Virus record (IMG/VR): IMGVR_UViG_3300043568_000537
Coordinates: 1 to 54,463 of that record
Strand: one strand, 5' to 3'
DNA from: a virus
Lineage: Duplodnaviria > Caudoviricetes
DNA: 54,463 nt
In this document: piece after piece, positions 34,968 through 45,487 of the stretch
Layout: each line of letters opens with the position of its first letter
How positions within the stretch are numbered: the first letter of the stretch is position 1
Position numbers and translations under genes: made by a program
Notes under the pieces: generated by a model
What the model was told of the DNA's origin: nothing
The model's input: the letters and a program-made list of their open reading frames with translations, nothing else
The model's database searches: none

Positions 34968-36305
34968 ATGCCAGTATTACAACCCGGTAATGTGATGCAA
35001 ACAGGTGTTACAAGGTCATTTATGTCTGACCTTTCCATCCTGAAGCCACAGTATTACCCACAATTTATTGACAAGTATGGTTCTCAGAACTATGCTCAAC
35101 TTTTGGAAGCTCTAGGAATGAAAGCTACCGTTCCTTCTAGGGAATTTTTTCACTTTGAATCTCGTGGTAAACTTCATTCAGCTGTACAGCTTGATGGTGG
35201 TGCTATCGCAGATGTTGCTGCAGGTGCAGAGGTTACTCTTGCTATCTCTAGTGCATTTGTTACAGGTGGCAGAAGCCCTCTCCGTGTAGGCGAAGTTGTT
35301 GAAAACGCTGCAACTGGAGTTCAGTACAAAATCACTGTTGTGACTTCTGCTACTGCATTCAAGATGAAGCCTTTGGATTCTACAATTGATCCAAACACAG
35401 ACCTTGGTGCTACCTCTACTGCTCACCTGTTGTTCCGTGGTATCACTGAAGCTGGTGAAGCTTCTACTAAGCTTAATACCCTTACAGGATTGACTGAAAG
35501 GAAGACTTTCTACACAACTGAAATTCGTGAAGACTTCACCATTAGCGATCGTGCTAAGATTGAAGAACTTTACTTCGAAGTTAATGGACAGTCTTATTAC
35601 ACCTACAAAGGACTTGATGAAGCTGTACGCAGGTTCATGAACAATAAGGAGTTCAAGCTTATGTTTGGTAAGCCTTCAACTGATGCTCAAATTGGTAGTA
35701 CTGGTACTACAGGTTTGGTTCCTCAAATTGAGGCTAACGGACAGACTTACAACTGGAATGCTGGTGCTAGTGGATTCACTATCGCTGACTTCCATTCTAT
35801 TGCTCGTCTTGCCGACTTCAATGGTGGTGCTCAAGAATATCATTTCTTGATGGATAGCTATCTCCGTAGTGTTGTTGACGATGCATTGTTTACCAACTAT
35901 AACAATGGAGCAATCCTTTGGGGTTCTGTTGGTGGTGCATCTGAGGTTGCAGTTAAGTATGGCTTTGATTCATTGAAAATCGATGGTATCACCTTCCACT
36001 TGAAGAAGTACCTTCCTTTCAATGCTGAAGCTGTTTACGGTGTTGCTCCTTCTACAGAGTACTACAAGAATAGCGGTATCCTCATCCCAATGAAGGATGG
36101 TCGTGATGCACAAACTGGTGACAAAGTTCCTTCTCTCCGCATTGTTTACAATGAGGTTGAGCCAGGAAAAGAAGTTAAAGTTTGGGAAACTGGTGCTTTG
36201 GCTAAGGTTCCAACTAACGATAAAATGGAACTCAATGTACACCACATGGCGTACTGCGGTATCCAGGTATTTGCCGCTAACCAATATATCTCTGTTAAAT
36301 CCTAA
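34968..36305 (+). CDS. Major capsid protein
   Basis: 445 aa after the scaffold, strong codon bias (GGT, GCT, TTC), GTTGLVPQIE motif, followed by a strong terminator. Confidence 0.85.
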   Translation: MPVLQPGNVMQTGVTRSFMSDLSILKPQYYPQFIDKYGSQNYAQLLEALGMKATVPSREFFHFESRGKLHSAVQLDGGAIADVAAGAEVTLAISSAFVTGGRSPLRVGEVVENAATGVQYKITVVTSATAFKMKPLDSTIDPNTDLGATSTAHLLFRGITEAGEASTKLNTLTGLTERKTFYTTEIREDFTISDRAKIEELYFEVNGQSYYTYKGLDEAVRRFMNNKEFKLMFGKPSTDAQIGSTGTTGLVPQIEANGQTYNWNAGASGFTIADFHSIARLADFNGGAQEYHFLMDSYLRSVVDDALFTNYNNGAILWGSVGGASEVAVKYGFDSLKIDGITFHLKKYLPFNAEAVYGVAPSTEYYKNSGILIPMKDGRDAQTGDKVPSLRIVYNEVEPGKEVKVWETGALAKVPTNDKMELNVHHMAYCGIQVFAANQYISVKS

Positions 36306-36323
36306 TTTAGATATAGCGAAATT

Positions 36324-36355
36324 GAGACCCCTCCTAGTGAGGGGTTTCTTTTTTT
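36324..36355 (+). terminator. Intrinsic terminator
   Basis: GAGACCCCTC-CTAGT-GAGGGGTTTC-TTTTTTT. Confidence 0.85.
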
Positions 36356-36387
36356 ATGTATATTTGTCTTAATCAAAATCTTAAACC

Positions 36388-37296
36388 ATGGCTAAAAGCA
36401 CGAAAAAAACAATTGACGAAAATGGCAATCTCGTAGACGCAGTGTCACAACAAGAAGAGAATGCACTCGTATCAGACATTGTAATAGAATTACCAAAGAA
36501 GAAGAAAGAACCAAAAGAGTACGTATTCCAACTAACAGCTAAGTTTTACTCAAATAGCGTATACAGTCAGTACCCAGAGAATTATCTCCTGAAGAATTCA
36601 GACATTATATACGATGAGGAAACCGGAACAGAAAGGAATATCCGATATCTTGAGGGCGTTAGTACCATTTGGGAAGAGGAGCAAAATCATCTTTCTGAAT
36701 CAAAAAAGAACCAAAGACCGGACATTAGGTTTGTAAAAGGATTTCTTAGGGTTCCATCAAATAAACCATCATTGGTAGAATTCCTTACAAAAAGCAATAT
36801 GTTTGATAGGAAGTCAAACAGAATGGCTGGGTCTAGGGCAATCTATACAATGCTTGACTTTGAGGCACAAGAAGAAAAGGAGATTGTAAAAACAGAAAGG
36901 AGAATGGAAGCAATGAAGATTGCGATGGATGCTCCTGACGAGATTATGATACCACATGCCAAATACCTTGGAGTTAAGTTTGTTAACTCTTATGGTGTTG
37001 AAAGGTCGACTAGGGCTATTAAAATGGACTATATTGGAGTTGCTGACAAGAACGCAGAGACGTTCATTAAGACTTACAATAACCCATTGGTAAAGGTTCA
37101 GTACTTGGTCTCAAAGGCTATTCAGACTAATATCATAGATATCAGCTCTATTAAGGGTCAAGCATCTTGGGGAGATACAAAGAAGTTTATTGCACAAATC
37201 CCTGACAGCAAGGATGCTTTAACTTTTCTGTCTGAGTACAGTTTGACCGAAAAAGGAAAGGATTTCTACACCCAGCTCAAAACATTGGGTGAGTAA
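36388..37296 (+). CDS. Post-capsid hypothetical protein
   Basis: 302 aa; RNIRY..STIWEEEQ..IRFVKGFLRV; TATATTTG box at 36359-36366. Confidence 0.7.
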   Translation: MAKSTKKTIDENGNLVDAVSQQEENALVSDIVIELPKKKKEPKEYVFQLTAKFYSNSVYSQYPENYLLKNSDIIYDEETGTERNIRYLEGVSTIWEEEQNHLSESKKNQRPDIRFVKGFLRVPSNKPSLVEFLTKSNMFDRKSNRMAGSRAIYTMLDFEAQEEKEIVKTERRMEAMKIAMDAPDEIMIPHAKYLGVKFVNSYGVERSTRAIKMDYIGVADKNAETFIKTYNNPLVKVQYLVSKAIQTNIIDISSIKGQASWGDTKKFIAQIPDSKDALTFLSEYSLTEKGKDFYTQLKTLGE

Positions 37297-37328
37297 CATA
37301 GCTTCGTGTTAATTATGGTTTGATTGGT

Positions 37329-37363
37329 TCTCCCGGTAGGTCTCTACTGGGAGATTTTGTTTT
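37329..37363 (+). terminator. Intrinsic terminator
   Basis: TCTCCCGGTAG-GTCT-CTACTGGGAGA followed by TTTTGTTTT. Confidence 0.7.
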
Positions 37364-37374
37364 ATATTTGCATT

Positions 37375-38043
37375 ATGAATATTAATGAGGTATACAAGCT
37401 AGTATCCTATTTGGTAGATAAGTACCAAGGTACATACCTATCGCCTGAAGACTTTAACATGGTCATAAACATGGCACAGAATCAGTACTTGGGATTTATA
37501 ACAGACGACACAGGAAGTCCAAGTAGTAATCCAAAGAATCCTGTAGGCATGTCAACATCTGCTGTTATAGCGGATATGCTGTCTCCATTCCTTACAGAGA
37601 CTACACTAACAATAACATCTCAACTTGCTGCAAAGCCTAATGACCTATATAAGACAGTAGCAATTAGGACAACAGACGACAACTACGCTGCTAGAGTCGT
37701 TGCCGAAGATAGGATTGCTTCGTATATAGGAAATCCTATAGATGCCCCTACTGTTACTGAGCCAATATACTACGAGCTTGGTTCTAACTTTAAATTCTAT
37801 CCTTCAACTATAGCTACAGCTAAACTTACGTACCTTAAAACACCTCAAGTATTAAAGTGGGCATATACAGGTGCATTGATATATGATCCTGCATTAAGTG
37901 TACCCGCATCAAACGCTAATTTAGAGTGGGGGGACACTGATACGTATGAGATTATATATAGGGCAATTGGAATTATAGGTATAAATTTGAAGGACGGTGA
38001 TTTAATGAGGGCTTCTCAAACTATTAAAAATAACGGGCTATGA
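37375..38043 (+). CDS. Tail ring/adaptor protein
   Basis: MNINEVY..YLSPEDFN..AQ..YLKTP; position at the head of the tail block. Confidence 0.65.
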   Translation: MNINEVYKLVSYLVDKYQGTYLSPEDFNMVINMAQNQYLGFITDDTGSPSSNPKNPVGMSTSAVIADMLSPFLTETTLTITSQLAAKPNDLYKTVAIRTTDDNYAARVVAEDRIASYIGNPIDAPTVTEPIYYELGSNFKFYPSTIATAKLTYLKTPQVLKWAYTGALIYDPALSVPASNANLEWGDTDTYEIIYRAIGIIGINLKDGDLMRASQTIKNNGL

Positions 38044-38666
38044 CAAGGAGAGTACTCATAGAGCAAATTAGAAGGCTGTATTATGGTGGAGTTCCGGGTG
38101 ATGATGCCAACCTTACCGAAAATGAGGTAAACTTATATATCAACCAGGCTATTGCTTATGTAGCTAAAGTAAACTACACAGATGCTATAAAGCTAGATGG
38201 AGTTGAAACAGTTAGTGATGCATTTTATGCTACATTTAAGAATCTTGCACTTACGTTAGATTCAGATACAGGATATTGGTACGCTTCGCTACCTCATCCA
38301 CCACTTGGATTATCTAGGGGTTATGGTATATCTTCGGTTACATTTCCTGTAAGCACAGGATTAGCTAAAGCTCCAGTTGCTATTTCTCCAAGAGAGATAG
38401 ACCTTATAGACAACTTGAAGAAGCCTCCAAGTAAAATATTTTTTTGGGCAGAGGGTGGAAGGCTATATTTTAAGAGCCCTTACTATAATCTTAATGGTAA
38501 GACACCAATCGTAAGAATGGTTAGCGCAGAGAGCTCAGACCTTACAGCTGAGGTTAATGTTCCCGGAGAGCATATATCAGAAATGATTAACTGGATATTA
38601 AACCAGCTGAAGGTTAGGAAGGGAATGCCTGAGGATACAACTAATGACGGACTCGATAAAGCATAA
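38040..38666 (+). CDS. Tail ring protein
   Basis: 208 aa ending PEDTTNDG; second of three ring-sized genes. Confidence 0.6.
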   Translation: MTRRVLIEQIRRLYYGGVPGDDANLTENEVNLYINQAIAYVAKVNYTDAIKLDGVETVSDAFYATFKNLALTLDSDTGYWYASLPHPPLGLSRGYGISSVTFPVSTGLAKAPVAISPREIDLIDNLKKPPSKIFFWAEGGRLYFKSPYYNLNGKTPIVRMVSAESSDLTAEVNVPGEHISEMINWILNQLKVRKGMPEDTTNDGLDKA

Positions 38667-38668
38667 TT

Positions 38669-39439
38669 ATGGCAAAAGATACAGCTCAGTTTATTGAATT
38701 GGCAGAGGTTATATATCAGTATATTGACCAAGCTAAACTTACTAGCGCAGAGTATAGGAGGCTATGGCCTATTGGTGTAAGAGGCGTAGAGGAAATCGGA
38801 TACGATGTCCATATGGAGCCAAAGACAGAAAAGCTTATAGTTAATGCTAATAAGACTGTTACTCTTCCTACTAACTATATAGGATTCTCTAAGGTCGGTG
38901 TATTGAACGCAAAGGGTGAAGTAGCTACTCTTAGAAGGAATAGCAACCTTACTGAATATAAGATTGACCAAACAGATAGACTGTCAAAAAATACTGACGA
39001 TAGTGTAGGTAATACATATAGGCTTCAAGACTTAGCTTACGTAAACTATTTTGATGGAGCAAGATATGCTAATATTTTTGGGGCAGGAGCTGCATTAAAT
39101 AGTCAAGGTCAATTTGATATATCTGAAACAGAAGGATTGATATATCTTGATAATGATTTTGTGTACGATTATGTTATCCTAGAATACTTTTCATCTCCAT
39201 CTGACGATGTAAACTTTAAGATACCAATTCAAGTTAGGGATGCTGTATTATCATATATAGCTTGGAGAGATATTGAGTATTTGCCAGCTGGAAGAAGATC
39301 AACAATGGGTGATAAGCAAATGAGGCGTAAAGAGTATTATAATCAAAAAAGGCTTGCGAAGATGAGGGTGAATCCTGTGACTCCTTGGGATGCAAACGAG
39401 CAGATAAGGCTGAGTCAAAAACTTGTAGCAAAATCATAA
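38669..39439 (+). CDS. Tail ring protein
   Basis: 256 aa; TLPTNYI..KV, VILEY, AVLSYIAW, EYYNQKRLAKMR. Confidence 0.6.
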   Translation: MAKDTAQFIELAEVIYQYIDQAKLTSAEYRRLWPIGVRGVEEIGYDVHMEPKTEKLIVNANKTVTLPTNYIGFSKVGVLNAKGEVATLRRNSNLTEYKIDQTDRLSKNTDDSVGNTYRLQDLAYVNYFDGARYANIFGAGAALNSQGQFDISETEGLIYLDNDFVYDYVILEYFSSPSDDVNFKIPIQVRDAVLSYIAWRDIEYLPAGRRSTMGDKQMRRKEYYNQKRLAKMRVNPVTPWDANEQIRLSQKLVAKS

Positions 39440-39440
39440 T

Positions 39441-42400
39441 ATGAAGACTGAAAGAAAACAGATAGCAGGGGTAATGAATCTTGATGACTCTAATGATGTT
39501 TTGCCAAGCGGTCATCATAAGGAGGCTAATAACATAGTATTTAGGGGAAGTCAAGGTAGCCTTTCTGCCCAAAATATATTGGGAAATAGGAATATCGCAA
39601 CATCTCTACCGGCCGGAACAAATAGCTGTATAGGGTCACATTATGACTCACAAAAACAGAGACTGTTTTACTTTAACTTTAATTCAAATGGGAATCATGG
39701 TATATACATATATAACACTATACCTAAAACCATTCAGGCTTTATTTATAAACAATACTCACAGCACTACAGATGTTTTAGGATTTAATAGAGATAATCCA
39801 ATTACATCTATCAATGTAATGTACAATGACGCATATAAGCCTTCATTGGACCTTGATGGAGATGTGCTTTATTGGATTGATTCATTAGGAAGACCATCAA
39901 AGCTTAATATAGACAGAAAGTTAGCAGCAGTATATGCATCTTACAAGAGGTCATACTTAGACGTATCTAAGGCTCCTCCATCAATGCCAATAAAGTGTAC
40001 TTACGAATACGATAATAACGTAACTAATAACAACCTACGGAACGCAATGTTCCAATTTATATATAGATGGGTTTATGATGATGGAGAAAAATCTGTATGG
40101 AGTACGGGTAGTATGGTTCCATTACCTTGGCTACCATTTAGTGAACCATTATCTAGGTTTCCTAATAATAACTCTAGAATAAACTTGTTCATGTCTACGG
40201 GAGATGAAACAGTAAAAAAAATAGAGATAGCAGTTAGGAAGTCTTCAGATGGGGTTATATCGGATTATGAGCTAATCACATCACTTAATAAGAAAGATGC
40301 TAGCCTGTCTATACTAAACAATAATGTGTATAGCTATTTGTTTTATAATAATTCATCTTTAATACCAATAGACAAGGCAGAGCAGATAGCATTATTTGAC
40401 TATGTACCACAAAAGGCAAATGCACAAGAGTTACTAAATGGTAATACTCTCGTTTATGGAGGTATAACTGAAGGTTATGATAATATTAGTAATGTAAATG
40501 CTACTCTTACATCAAACTCTACAACACAAGACTTCCTTGAAGTTCCAGGAGCTCTATTCTTTGCACAGCAGAATGGAGTATCATCTTATGGTGGAACGAA
40601 CTCAATAGACGTATTCCTTACTGGAAGTGGAGCTAATGATGTAGTGACAAATATTCCAACTACAGTTCCGGCAGCAGGTTATGGAGATTTCTATATTAAA
40701 CTAAGAAATTCAGTAGGAACTTTATTTACAATATACTACGATTCAACAACGTCTAATTCAATAGTAGAAATTCTTATAGGCCTTCAGGCTGAAGCTGTTT
40801 TGCTTGGTTTTACTGCAACAATTTCTGGGAATAAACTAACGATATCCGATACTAATACGCTGAATCTGGAATCAGCATACATGACAAACAGTTTGTCTGC
40901 TGTACCTTTTGCAACTAATAGGCAAGACAATGCACTATACGTTCACCAAGGAAACTCAAATTACAGATATGGTATTGTGTATTATGATGATAAAGGGAGA
41001 ACAAATGGTGTCGTTACATCAGAGGGATTAAGGATTACTACTCCAAGATGGACAGGAAGTACCTTATACCCATTCGTACAAATATCTATATCACATCAGC
41101 CACCAATTTGGTCGACATACTACAATATCGTAAGGACAGATAACCTTACGTATGATAAGAATATATTTTGGGTGTCAAAAAGGGCTTTTACTAAGTTGAC
41201 AACAAGGGGAACATCATCAACAGATTATTCTATATCTTACATAGGTATAGATAACATGATACAATATAATGAAGATATTCAGTCTACTTCAGGATATATT
41301 GGATATGATTTTGCTCCAGGAGATAGAATAAGATTTACAGAAAGAATTAACACAAGCGGAATATCTACAGCTCTGAGTACCAATTTAGATTTTGAGATTA
41401 TTGGGGTTGAGTCTAATCCAAACGTAAACGGATATGTAGCTCAAGGAACTTACATAAAAATAAAGTACCCATCTTCGTCTTTAGATGCAAACTTTAAGCT
41501 ATTGGAACCGGATCCTGTTGTATATGCAGGTACTGCTACAAATGTGGAAGATTTTCAGAACTATAAAATACAGATATATAGCTATAAGAAACCATCTGCA
41601 GGAATTGATGTTTATTATGAGATAGGGCAACAATATGCTATATCACAGCCTAGAACAGAAAGCAGATGGCATGTAGGTCAAAGTCAGTCTCAAACAGCAT
41701 CTGTACCAGCATTAGTTTATCTTACAAGCGGAGATGAGTTCTTTAGGTATAGGAATGTACCTATCGGAGCAAATTATACCTTTACCGCTGGGCAGTATGG
41801 TCAAGGAGATAGCTTTGGTCCATATGCCGGCAGGTATAGAAATATAAACGTAAACATATTCGCTACGGATAATACTACTAAGACGATATCTAACTCTATA
41901 TATGAAATAAAGTCTCAAGTACTTGGAGGCAGTACAACAAGTTTGATTGCTACCGATTATCCTAATTACATAACTCCAGATTGTCTATACAGGAATAAAA
42001 GCGGAGTAACCCAAACTGTAAGATTAAAGGGCACTATTCCTATTTCTACTATAACATCAAATGCCAATTATATCGCTATACATGCAAAGGTTGTTTTAAA
42101 TGCAACTACTGCAGAAATATATCCCGTTTTGAAAAGAGTTCCTGTCACAGAATCTAATAGGCAGTATGAATTTGAATTTGATGCTAAAATACCCGTTGCT
42201 GCTGCTGCCAAATTATTTTTAATGACAGAAACACATGATGATACTGGATTTAAGATTAATGTTGGCGCTTTTAACCTACAGCTTGATGTTGTAAATAATA
42301 CACAAATAGCAATAATAGAGAAAAGTTTTAGTGATATAAATAAGATTCAAATAAACGCAAAGTCAAGACCTCTTGTGTTTGATGAAAATGCTAAACAGTC

Positions 42401-43457
42401 TTATTACCCTACATTGGTCAGGTTTGGACTGCAGAAAGAAGCAGGAACAGATGTGAATAACTCTAATAGGTTTAGTTCAACCAATATGGATGAATATGAT
42501 AGGAGTAAAGGTGATATAGTAAGATTTAAAGTTCGAGGAAGCAGAATGAGGGTATTCCAACAGAGGGCATGTGGAGTTGTTGGGGTTCTTGAAAATATGA
42601 TATTCAACGCTGAAGGTAGCAGCAATTTGATACAGACAAACAAGCTGTTAAACCAAATCAACTACTACCAAGGGGAATATGGGATTGGCAATCTAGCTAC
42701 TAGTTTGACATCTTCTTCCCGTGCAGACTACTTTGTAGACCCTATAAGGGGATATCAGCTAAGGTTAAGCGATGATGGACTTACTCCAATATCTAGCATT
42801 TACAAAGCACAGTTTTACATTACAAGCCTTGCAAATAAGTACATAAATAATACTGCAGGAACACTTGGAGGATTTGCTAAAGTTCTTGGAGTTTATGACT
42901 TCTTCGAAGAGGAATATATTACTGTATTTCAAGGATTTGCAGGTCAGGCTAACACTACACTTGGTTTTAACGAACTAAGAAACAGCTATACCTCTTTTTA
43001 TGACTACGCGCCAGAATGGATAACGTCTACAGAAGGTTCTCTTGTGTCGTTCAGAAATGGTCAGCTGTATGTGCACGATAGTGCAACATATTGCAACTTC
43101 TATGGAACTCAGTATAAACCATCTATTAAGTTGGTTTTCAATGAGATGCAAAACATAAAGAAGAGGTATAACACCATTAGCATGCTTTGTAACAAGAAGT
43201 GGATACCGGATACAAACGGGGATATAACTACTAACCTTGGGCAAAGCTCAAGCCTACAGGATGCTGACTTCCTTTATAAGGATGATAAGCTTCACGCATC
43301 TTTCAAAAGGGATGCAAGTAGTACAGGTGGGCTGTATAATGGTAATGTGCTTAAGGGTAACTGGGCACAGATAAACCTAAAGCCGGTTAATGGAAATGAA
43401 TTCGTAAATTTGTTTTATATAGAACTAGGAATTTTAGAACCTTTTTATAATAGATAA
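39441..43457 (+). CDS. Tail muzzle / stabilisation protein (P22 gp10-like)
   Basis: 1338 aa; GVMNLDD, NTLVYGGITEGYD, YRYGIVYYDDKGR, GEYGI, GLTPIS and SFYDYAPE motifs. Confidence 0.75.
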   Translation: MKTERKQIAGVMNLDDSNDVLPSGHHKEANNIVFRGSQGSLSAQNILGNRNIATSLPAGTNSCIGSHYDSQKQRLFYFNFNSNGNHGIYIYNTIPKTIQALFINNTHSTTDVLGFNRDNPITSINVMYNDAYKPSLDLDGDVLYWIDSLGRPSKLNIDRKLAAVYASYKRSYLDVSKAPPSMPIKCTYEYDNNVTNNNLRNAMFQFIYRWVYDDGEKSVWSTGSMVPLPWLPFSEPLSRFPNNNSRINLFMSTGDETVKKIEIAVRKSSDGVISDYELITSLNKKDASLSILNNNVYSYLFYNNSSLIPIDKAEQIALFDYVPQKANAQELLNGNTLVYGGITEGYDNISNVNATLTSNSTTQDFLEVPGALFFAQQNGVSSYGGTNSIDVFLTGSGANDVVTNIPTTVPAAGYGDFYIKLRNSVGTLFTIYYDSTTSNSIVEILIGLQAEAVLLGFTATISGNKLTISDTNTLNLESAYMTNSLSAVPFATNRQDNALYVHQGNSNYRYGIVYYDDKGRTNGVVTSEGLRITTPRWTGSTLYPFVQISISHQPPIWSTYYNIVRTDNLTYDKNIFWVSKRAFTKLTTRGTSSTDYSISYIGIDNMIQYNEDIQSTSGYIGYDFAPGDRIRFTERINTSGISTALSTNLDFEIIGVESNPNVNGYVAQGTYIKIKYPSSSLDANFKLLEPDPVVYAGTATNVEDFQNYKIQIYSYKKPSAGIDVYYEIGQQYAISQPRTESRWHVGQSQSQTASVPALVYLTSGDEFFRYRNVPIGANYTFTAGQYGQGDSFGPYAGRYRNINVNIFATDNTTKTISNSIYEIKSQVLGGSTTSLIATDYPNYITPDCLYRNKSGVTQTVRLKGTIPISTITSNANYIAIHAKVVLNATTAEIYPVLKRVPVTESNRQYEFEFDAKIPVAAAAKLFLMTETHDDTGFKINVGAFNLQLDVVNNTQIAIIEKSFSDINKIQINAKSRPLVFDENAKQSYYPTLVRFGLQKEAGTDVNNSNRFSSTNMDEYDRSKGDIVRFKVRGSRMRVFQQRACGVVGVLENMIFNAEGSSNLIQTNKLLNQINYYQGEYGIGNLATSLTSSSRADYFVDPIRGYQLRLSDDGLTPISSIYKAQFYITSLANKYINNTAGTLGGFAKVLGVYDFFEEEYITVFQGFAGQANTTLGFNELRNSYTSFYDYAPEWITSTEGSLVSFRNGQLYVHDSATYCNFYGTQYKPSIKLVFNEMQNIKKRYNTISMLCNKKWIPDTNGDITTNLGQSSSLQDADFLYKDDKLHASFKRDASSTGGLYNGNVLKGNWAQINLKPVNGNEFVNLFYIELGILEPFYNR

Positions 43458-43459
43458 TT

Positions 43460-44086
43460 ATGGCAAAGAAGAAATTTTTTGATACAGGACTTGGTAAAGC
43501 TGCTGCTATTGTAGGAGGAGGAGCTGCTGGAGGATTATTTCTGTTGGGTAGAAATATAGCTAAAAAATATAAAGAGGCAAATACCGGCATAAAGCAGCAG
43601 GTTTCAGCGCTAGAAAGACAAGAAATTGCTCCTGAGATAACGCAAGCAAACCAAGAGGCTCAGATGATGAAGAATCAAGGTTTATCATCTTCTGCTTTAG
43701 GTCTATTTAAGCAACAGGCCGACCGTTCTCAGAGTGCAGCATTCTCTCAATTGGGAGGAAGAAGGTCTGCATTAGCTGGAGCCGCATCTATAATGGATGC
43801 TGCTAATACAGCTGGATTAAAACTTGCTGATCTTGAAGATGAGGCAAGACAGAGAAATATGATGGCAGCAAGGTCTTCAGCCATGGGACTTGGACAGCAA
43901 AAGATGGGTCTTCAGAAGTATAAGCAAGAAGGCCTATTTAATTATTATATGGGCAGAAAGCAAGCATTAAATACGCAAATGTCTAATTTAGCTAAAGGAG
44001 CAATGAGGGTAGGGGCTGCTGCTCTTACTGGAGGAGGCTCTGAGGCTATTGGAGGATTTGTAAAAAGGAAAGGAAGCGGAGACTAA
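43460..44086 (+). CDS. Small ejection (internal virion) protein
   Basis: Gly/Ala-rich hydrophobic N-terminus and Gln/Ala helical body; follows the muzzle gene. Confidence 0.6.
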   Translation: MAKKKFFDTGLGKAAAIVGGGAAGGLFLLGRNIAKKYKEANTGIKQQVSALERQEIAPEITQANQEAQMMKNQGLSSSALGLFKQQADRSQSAAFSQLGGRRSALAGAASIMDAANTAGLKLADLEDEARQRNMMAARSSAMGLGQQKMGLQKYKQEGLFNYYMGRKQALNTQMSNLAKGAMRVGAAALTGGGSEAIGGFVKRKGSGD

Positions 44087-44098
44087 TAAAATAATCTA

Positions 44099-45460
44099 AT
44101 GGCATACGAGTATAACTTATCACCAATCGACATTGATGGAGCAATAAAAGCTGTTCAAGATAATGCATTTAGGCAAGAACAGCTTAGGCTGAAGTACGAG
44201 GAATCTATGAACAAAGCCATAGATGACCAACAAAGGCTTTATAATGGTAAAGTTAGGGAGCAAGACATTGGAGAATTTGATTCAGTATTTGCAGAATATG
44301 CTGAAGCCCAAAAAAGATATCAATCACTTAATAAGTTTGGTAGAAGAGGAGGGGATTTGACTATGGCTTCTGCTGATGCAAGAACTGCAAAAGCTAAAAT
44401 GGATGCATATATAACAGACTCTACATCTCTAGGTCAGACGCAAGTAGGTTTAGGTAAAATATTTAAAGACCCTACTAAACTTGTAAATACAAAGAAGTAC
44501 AACGAAGTGTATATGCAATTAAGCTCTATGACTACAAAACAGATAAAGGATTTGTACGCAGGAGATTTGAAGAAATTGCCTACAGACTTTGAGTTTAATG
44601 AAAAGGATTACGGACCAGAAGAAGTAGGGAAATTCTCAAGATCAATTAAGCAAAATCTTCCTATAAGCGCCCCGAATACCATAAAGGAAATTGCAGTTAT
44701 AGACCCTGCTACAGGCAAGCAAAAGTTGGTAAATAGGGATATAGTATTTGGAAATTATAAAAAGACAGTTCAGGTTCCTGTAGTTTCGGTAAAAGCAGGC
44801 ATGGACCCTAGTGTAGTCCTAAATTCAGTTATAATGAATTCAGCTACAGACGATAATACATTAACTTACCTAAAGGCTATTAAGAAAAGGGTGTTTGAGT
44901 CAGCTTCAAATGCACAGGATCCACAATCACAAAAAGACTCTGAAGCTCAAATACAAAGAGCAATGCAGATATATGGGATAAAAGACAGAACACAAGTCAA
45001 CGAGTATCATTTATTCGCATCTAACTTTGTAGACCAAAACAGAATGGGAGAAGTGGAGGTTGAAGATTGGAATAAACTTGATGAGTATATTAAGATATTT
45101 GAAAAAGATAATGGATTGAAGCTAGATAATCTTCAGATGAAAAAGATTACGAAAGACATACAATCATCAAACACTGATATGTCTCTTTCAACGCTTAATA
45201 AGCTTTTGAATATGTATAAGGTAGCAAGAGATACTGGGGCAACAAGTGTTGAGGAGTGGTTGCCGACAATAGAGGCTGTATTTAAGAAATATAACTTGCC
45301 TATGAGCAGGGAAATTATAAATAAGGCTAATGAAGGTATTGCTATTCAAGCTGATGACTTTCAGAACCTTTACTGGAAAGGAATAGGTGGGAATGTGCCA
45401 GGTACAAACCCAACAGTTCCGGGAACAAGACCTAGTGCAACTGGAAGCAAGAAGAAATAA
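44099..45460 (+). CDS. Putative ejection/internal virion protein
   Basis: 453-aa helical protein between the small and large ejection genes. Confidence 0.55.
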   Translation: MAYEYNLSPIDIDGAIKAVQDNAFRQEQLRLKYEESMNKAIDDQQRLYNGKVREQDIGEFDSVFAEYAEAQKRYQSLNKFGRRGGDLTMASADARTAKAKMDAYITDSTSLGQTQVGLGKIFKDPTKLVNTKKYNEVYMQLSSMTTKQIKDLYAGDLKKLPTDFEFNEKDYGPEEVGKFSRSIKQNLPISAPNTIKEIAVIDPATGKQKLVNRDIVFGNYKKTVQVPVVSVKAGMDPSVVLNSVIMNSATDDNTLTYLKAIKKRVFESASNAQDPQSQKDSEAQIQRAMQIYGIKDRTQVNEYHLFASNFVDQNRMGEVEVEDWNKLDEYIKIFEKDNGLKLDNLQMKKITKDIQSSNTDMSLSTLNKLLNMYKVARDTGATSVEEWLPTIEAVFKKYNLPMSREIINKANEGIAIQADDFQNLYWKGIGGNVPGTNPTVPGTRPSATGSKKK

Positions 45461-45487
45461 TACGCCTATATATCTTAACTTTGGGGC